A DNA stretch of 64,000 bases from the human T2T-CHM13v2.0 reference genome, Homo sapiens. Below are positions 16,014 to 64,000 of this stretch, in pieces. The stretch's first letter is position 1. Every line of letters begins with the position of its first letter. The stretch lies in the NCBI RefSeq assembly GCF_009914755.1, contig NC_060947.1, one strand, 5' to 3'. The notes beneath the pieces were generated by a model. That model was not told the DNA's origin. It searched no databases and was given only the letters and a program-made list of their open reading frames with translations. Both the position numbers and the translations under genes were made by a program.

Positions 16014-17064
16014 GTACCCATTAAGCAAATCAAGCAAGTGGCTCCAGGATTCACTGGTCTCTTAGCAAAGAGCCAGAGGCCCCCTTTCAGAATAGGCACA
16101 TGGAAATATTGCAGGGTCAGGAGAAAGAACCCAAAGGAGGGTGTTTTTAAGTGTTCCTGTGCTCCTGAGCCACTTCATTCAAATGTCAGCTCAATCAAGG
16201 TTCTTGGTAGGTTTTTGCTCATAGGCCTAAAACTTTGCATGTGTGGAGTTTTTGAAAAATGTTTTAGGTGGATATGTCTTAGATATTGTAGAAACTTTAA
16301 ATGATTGGCCTGAGCTGCAGATGGCTGTTATGAACTCTTGACTAAGCATGGTACTGTAAAATCCTCAAGGGCCTCATCCTTCCTTTGGAATTTCCTTTTT
16401 ATATTCTAGAGCACTCAATAAATGTCCTGTCTGAGCAGCAGAATTGAATTGAGTGAGGATTGATAGTCCTCTCTCAGCTTCCGAGCAGAACTAAGTATTT
16501 TTTTTCTCCCCAGTGTAGAAGAGCAGGGCATTGGGAATGGATGATAAAGCTGAGACAATTGATGAAAATAAAACTTAGGTACCCTTAAAACTGGCGTTCA
16601 TGAAAACAGATGAATGAAGTCTTGGATTTCATTGTATGATATAGGGACTGAGATGTGAAAAAAAGAGATGGTGTTGTTAGTATGATCAGGGCATTGCTGA
16701 TTGTAAAAAGAAATAATAAAAGTAGTCAGTCCAGCTTCTCATAGTTCTTTTTCAATTGGATGAAAGTCTCTCTCAGACTTTCCTTGTCAGGAATTCAACT
16801 CAGCGAACATTCACTAAGCACCAGCCATGCCAAGCTCTGGGTCCTGGGTGTTCAAAGATGAATGTGACCCAGCCCCTGCCCAAAAGAGTATTCAATCTAA
16901 TGGAGCATAGCCATTGTTAATGCCAATGTTTTATACCAAAAGTATTTCTTGGTGATATTATTTGAGGCCCAATGACCAAAAATATCTTTATTATTAAAAT
17001 TCTCACGTTTCATCCCCTTTGAGGCTAGGCTTGGGTTACAAAGGCATGGTTGTCCACACCATGG

Positions 17065-18230
<1,166 letters not shown>

Positions 18231-18589
18231 AAAGAAAATGCTTTGCTGTCCAGGATGAAGAATGTGAGCAGAATATTTTTGGAGGTTAACACTGATTGCA
18301 AAATATGTCTTCCCATTTAGAATTGCCTCTACTATAGAAGCAGAGGAAATGTTGAGAGCATGGGGCTTTGCAAGGTGGCTATAGCAGGTGCAGTTTGTGA
18401 AATAGTCCTACACACAGCCTGGCAGTGTCTTAGGTTAGCATAAGTCCTTTGGCCAACAATATCCTGAGAAGCAAGCAGGAGAACAAACACAGTTATGGAG
18501 GAAGCACTAGAAACAAGCTTGATTACTTGACAGTTTTGTATAGGGCGAATTCTGCCTGTAATCCTGTTTAAGTCACCACTTACTGATCC

Positions 18590-18800
18590 CCGTTATCATG
18601 TGCCCAGGCACCAAGATGGGGGCTTTCTGTGTATTAAAAATTTTAAATCCTCAGCACAATCCTGGGAAGCATGTACTATTATTATTTGACTTTACAGATA
18701 AAGAAACTGGGGCTTAGAGGGATTAAATAACTCGCTCGAATTCCAGCTAGCAAGTTGCAGCAAGCTGCAACTGGAACCCATGTCTGTGTGATTCCAAAGC
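18590..18800 (-). mobile_element. MIR
   Basis: tttacagataaagaaactggggcttagagggattaaataactcgc. Confidence 0.7.
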
Positions 18801-18941
18801 ACCCCCTTCCCACATGTCTATTATGTTGCCTTTAAAAAAAAGTTATTTGATGGAGCATAGTGAGAAGAAAAATACTTAATATGTACTTAATGTTCAAATT
18901 TGATGATCAGAAGAACTTCTCAAACCACTTTTAAAGTCTGA

Positions 18942-19262
<321 letters not shown>

Positions 19263-20099
19263 TGCAGTTTTATGAACTGCTATTGTCCTTTGCAGTTGTA
19301 AGGTGGTAAGAAATACCTGGGTGGGGTGGAGGTGGGGATTGAGAAATCCTCCAAGAAACAACACAGGCTATGATTGGAATGCCCCTGTATGGGTGACCCA
19401 TGAGCCTTTCTCAATGCTTTGGGGACATTTTAATAACCTGAGTAATTACCTGTGGTACGCAGGCTTTGTTTTCTACTCATTAATAACTCTCCAGGCTACA
19501 TTTTATTCTTCTTACTGCTAATTCACATGCAGAGATACATAAAATGGATGCTGTCAACTGATTGCCACATCACTGTCTGCATATCAATGCTCTCCTGTCT
19601 GCTTGGGCTCAGAGAGAAGGAAAGAAGAGAAGGAAAAGGGTATGGCAAGGAACTTGTGATAGCCGAATCTGTTTTAAAAGCCAAATTCTGGTACAGAAAC
19701 CAGAATTTTGACATATACAAATTATTGATATTTGTGCATGGTTAGTGTTTTGGGATTGCCCTATTTAGCATCTGCTGATCCTCTTTTTCCCTCCCTGTGA
19801 TAGATAGCATGCCTTGGAAGCAGACACAGGTAAATATTTAATGCTTTTAGTTTTTTTTGCTCCTGTGGCTTGTTTGGCCCTTAGGGCATTCATGTTTTTT
19901 AGCCTGTGGAGTGCTTATAGCATCAGAACATCATCACAACCCTAAATGAAATTTGGATTATTTACTTCTAAGTATGTTTCCCAAATAGTCTAATGACTGT
20001 GTAAGCAATATAGTGGAAGGGTACAGGAGCCGATTTGAATGGAAATATATGTGGATATGGCTTTAGATCTTTCTGCGTATTAAAAAAAAATCTCCTTTA

Positions 20100-20518
<419 letters not shown>

Positions 20519-21713
20519 TTAATTTATTTCACTGGAATCTATCTAGTTATATGGACTTGTTTTAGGTACAGGTACTTATTTTTAAAAAACTAGACAGGAG
20601 CTCTGGGTTGCTTTTTTTTTTTTTTTTTTTTTGAACTGTAGAACTTCTGGTTTAGAAGTAAGATTCCTCTTCAGGAGATATACAATTATTTATTAACTTA
20701 ATTAGTGCCGTACATTTTGTCTTGAAGCTATTCAGAGTATTATAGGAACATCTGTTGTACTGTGATTATGATGGCTGCTAGGCTGTTTCCCCAAATGCCT
20801 TGACAAGGCAGTTTGACATAGTTCGGTGAAGGCAGTGCCCTGGTGCTGCAGTCACCATAGGGATTTTTCATCTTGGCTTCATGTTGGTAGATTGATACTC
20901 TCAAGTACGTTCAAGGTTCTCTTTTTCGGGAGAGGGTTGTTTTCATTGAGTCCTGGCTTTCCTCTTTCCTTATTTAATGAAATAGTGACAACTATCATTT
21001 TCTACCTTCAAACATTATTATTAGTGATTTTATAAATAGAAAATTATTTTCCAGGTGGGCCTATGTCTGTGCTGGCAACCATTGTGTACACACGGACTCT
21101 CTTAGATGTTTAGGACTTTGCATGTGTAAACGGGCAAGTTTTCAGGCAATTCGGGTAGGTTTTCCAATCTTGTCTTTCCATTTCCTGTCTAAAGAACTTC
21201 TTCCATGTCCACAGCATGTTTATTCAACAATGGATAAAACTTCTAATGGGAAATTTCTTCCGGGTGACCTCCTTGAGAGGCTGGGCTGTGGAGAAATCTT
21301 AAGAAACACAACCCTGATGAAATTGGCTCCGTTGAGAATATTACTTGGTCCAGGAACAAGGGACAGAATTCAGTTATTTTTGGTTCTTGAATAAATGAAT
21401 TCTGTTTCCTTTTGTGTAGGTGGCAGAAGAAATTAACCCCTGTAGAACATCCATTCTCAGTTGGAAATTAAATTTTTGGTTTCTTTTGAGTTAGGAGTAC
21501 CCTGGATAAGAGAATGTAAAACTGTTTTTATTTGAACCTCATGCAACTTGGAATCTGTTCTGTTGTCTGCATATCTTTGATAGATTTGTCTTTTCCAGGG
21601 TTGTCTGTCTTTGTATTTAATTTTCTGGAGGTTGGAATTGTGATTATCAAATGACTTCCAACTTGGCACCATATGTGGGTGGATACTAATGAATCCTTTC
21701 TTAACCTTCCCAG

Positions 21714-59921
<38,208 letters not shown>

Positions 59922-60314
59922 GTAAGTGGTACTCCCCAGCTAGCAAAAAATAATGGCAATTTAGCCAGATCTGACAAGGGTATATTCAACAGGCTAATGT
60001 CAGCCTTCCAGGTGGTAGTGGCCTGTGGGTATTGTCTTCAGATTCTTTCAACTTCTAAGTGAAATAGGAAGAAAGGTCATCAAACGAGAGTGAGGATGAG
60101 TTAGCAGGTATTGAAGGTTAGAGGAGAGAGAAGGTGTGTAGTTTTCCAGGGGAGTGGGAGAGTGAATAAACTGAGGGAATGTAGTATAGCTGCTTGAAGG
60201 CAGGCATGTCCAGATGTAGGTGAGGTTTGAGGTATTGAATTTAAAGAGGGACTCATCACTGTGGCAACGTGTTCTTCTCCATCTGTTTCAACTGCATTGG
60301 AGAAAAGGGTGTAT

Positions 60315-61660
<1,346 letters not shown>

Positions 61661-62016
61661 TATTTTGAATTAGAAACATGGATTTGGCCAAGTTTTTTGT
61701 CTGCATTTTATTTTTGATGAATTATATTTTACAAATGTCATGAAGTAAAAGATCCAGGCATGATTAATAATAATCCGTGTAGTCAATAAGATACAAATAT
61801 ATGAGCAGCTTGGATGCAGGTGGTCAATAAACACTGAATTAAAGGGCAAAGACATTGTAATGTCATGATTGTTCAAATGATTGGTATCATGTAGTGATAC
61901 ATAATAATACCAAATGGTTGGTATTATGTATCAGTACATAGTCATTATTGATACATAATACATGATTATGTATTATGCACTGAAGTTTGCTTTGCAATAC
62001 CATATCTAAGTACATT

Positions 62017-62675
62017 TGTGGCAGGCCAGGTCTCACTAACACAGGCCTCCATCACAACTGTCCCAGCACGTACTGAGTAGCTAGGTTAAACATTAAAAGC
62101 TGATTGAGCCACTGCCCATATACAAAGCCTGGAATGTAACAAAGAGCCCACCAAGAGTTTTGCCTAGGCTTTTCCTGGATCTTGAAGCATGACAAGATAA
62201 TGAATGAATTCTTAACAGGACCCTTTTAGGATTAAACAAGTTTTATTGGGGGTCTGAAGAAACTCCACAGGCCTCCACAAACAAGTTTACTGGGGTCTAA
62301 AGGAACTCCCCAAACCTTTATGATTTAGCAGGAGACAAGATAAGGGTAATTACCTCAGTACCTAGACCCATTTAGATTAAGTAAACTTACTGAGGCTCCA
62401 GAAGAAGGTCTTCAAGACTCACACCTAGTTATAGATTAAAAGAAGTTAATCATTTATGTCTTTCGACGATTGCACACTTTCACGTAGACATATAGCTTAG
62501 AAGGTATATGAGCTCCAGAAAACTTTGTAACTTTGAGTTGGTCTGGTGATAATTTCCAGGCTTTCTCCCTGTAACCAGTGGCAGAAAATAAAACTCTGTT
62601 CTTCCCCAGTTCATTTGCATCTCGTTATTGCGCCGTGAGAAATAGCAGCCTGACCCTCAGTTTGGTCTGGGAACA
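62017..62675 (+). mobile_element. ERV solo LTR (probably ERV1 class; subfamily not determined)
   Basis: TG...CA termini (tgtggcaggcc...gggaaca), about 660 bp, 4-bp TSD catt/aatt, TATA-like gtatatgag at about 62504, AATAAA at 62587-62592. Confidence 0.8.
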
Positions 62676-63434
62676 AATTGACCTATGTTAACTTGTTTTT
62701 ACTGTCTAACTATGAGACTTTATGTTTGAACCTGAAAGTTCCCTTGCAAATAATTCCACTGAGGAATTAATGGCTTATTTCAAAATACTCAGTATTCTCA
62801 TTGCGTGTTTTCTTTTGCTCTTTGGTCAGAGTAAATAGATTGAGATCTTATCAGATAATCACAGTAGTAATATTATAATCTCTGGGAAGGCTATAAAAAC
62901 AATTAAAGGATAATGAAAGATTTAAAAAAATTATAGCAGGTTTTTTGGCAGTAGAAGAATTTTAACTAATATGAAAAGTATGTGGATTAAACTTGTTTTT
63001 CTCAGTTTTGGTGTGAAAGTCCCTTTTCCTTGTGTCAGGGTATGACATTCTAAAATAAAGTTAATTTTGGCATCTTCCCCCTTATTTTGATGTACGTGGG
63101 GGTAGTTTGGTAGTTAGGCAGATACTCATCTCTTTAACGTAAAATTGTTTGCCTCCCTTGTGCTGAAGCTGTTTGCCTCAGGGAATACTTAGGTTGGAAA
63201 CTTATAAGAGAAATATCTGGCCTTTTATAGCCTTTTTTTTTACAGGGCTCCCATCCAAGAACCACCTGGAACCACTGATTTACTTGAAAAACATTCAGTA
63301 TTATTAGCTACAGTCTAAAGAAAAAGAAAAACAGAAAGATCCCCAAAGGGGCAAATTCCAGAGACCCTAACTCAGATGGAAGGCTGCCATTGTTTATTTA
63401 CCAAAAAAGTTTGTTAAGCAAATGAATACAGTCA

Positions 63435-63640
63435 GAAGCTTAAACTTCAGGTATGTCTCAAATTTACATGTGTACATAAATCACGTGAGCATCTGCTTGT
63501 TAAAAATGCAGATTCTCATTGCATTTTAACAAGGTTTTTTTTTTTTTAAGTTGTGTTTGGGGTAGGACCCAAGAATTTGCCTAACAAGGTTCCAGGTGCG
63601 ACTGCTGCTGCTGGTCGTGGACCACACTTTGAGCAGCAAG
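63435..63640. mobile_element. MER5-family fragments
   Basis: cttgttaaaaatgcagattct; ctaacaaggttccaggtg...tgctggtcgtggaccacactttgagcagca. Confidence 0.65.
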
Positions 63641-64000
63641 GTCTTCTCATGATTCATTTGTTTGTAAACAGCACCAAAAAAAAAAAAAAAAAAAAAAAAA
63701 GCCCCGGTGACTCACAAGAGCAGGCCAGGCCAGTTGACATGAATAGCAGTACTTTATTTACCAAAACCGGTTACATTAGTGCAAGTAACTGCTTTAATTT
63801 TCAGATCATTGAAAATTTCTGTGATTCAGATTGGTTTAAATGGACTGTGAAAAACCCTGCGTTAGGACCTCCAGGCTTTATCTTTTGAAAACTGATACCT
63901 AGGTTTTACTAAGAGACTCCCGCCCCACTTCTCCTCCGTGTCTGTTTTGAGAACCTCTTGATGACAGAGTTGGCCCAACTGCCTGTGGTTGGTACCCTCT

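Overview
Human (primate) genomic DNA from inside PHEX, the X-linked M13/neprilysin-family zinc endopeptidase gene mutated in X-linked hypophosphatemia. The gene is on the + strand. Eight internal coding exons (exons 4-11 in standard numbering, about residues 117-434) have canonical AG/GT boundaries and splice into one open frame. The rest is intron: about 30 Alus, many L1 pieces, MaLR and ERV1 solo LTRs, hAT/Tigger DNA transposon fossils, MIR/L2 and microsatellites. Nearly all entries in the ORF track are repeat-derived or chance ORFs. I found no new gene or multi-gene system. The most notable details are: (i) a 28-nt 5' fragment of tRNA-Gly-GCC inserted with an 18-bp target-site duplication inside a THE1/MST LTR; (ii) a twin-primed L1PA with an apparent short 3' transduction inside a MER6 element; (iii) a latent intron-7 pseudoexon one base from activation; (iv) an in-frame exon 11 that starts with a donor-like GTAAT and lies between inverted Alus. 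Repeat subfamily names and boundaries are by eye and approximate; exon coordinates were counted exactly.
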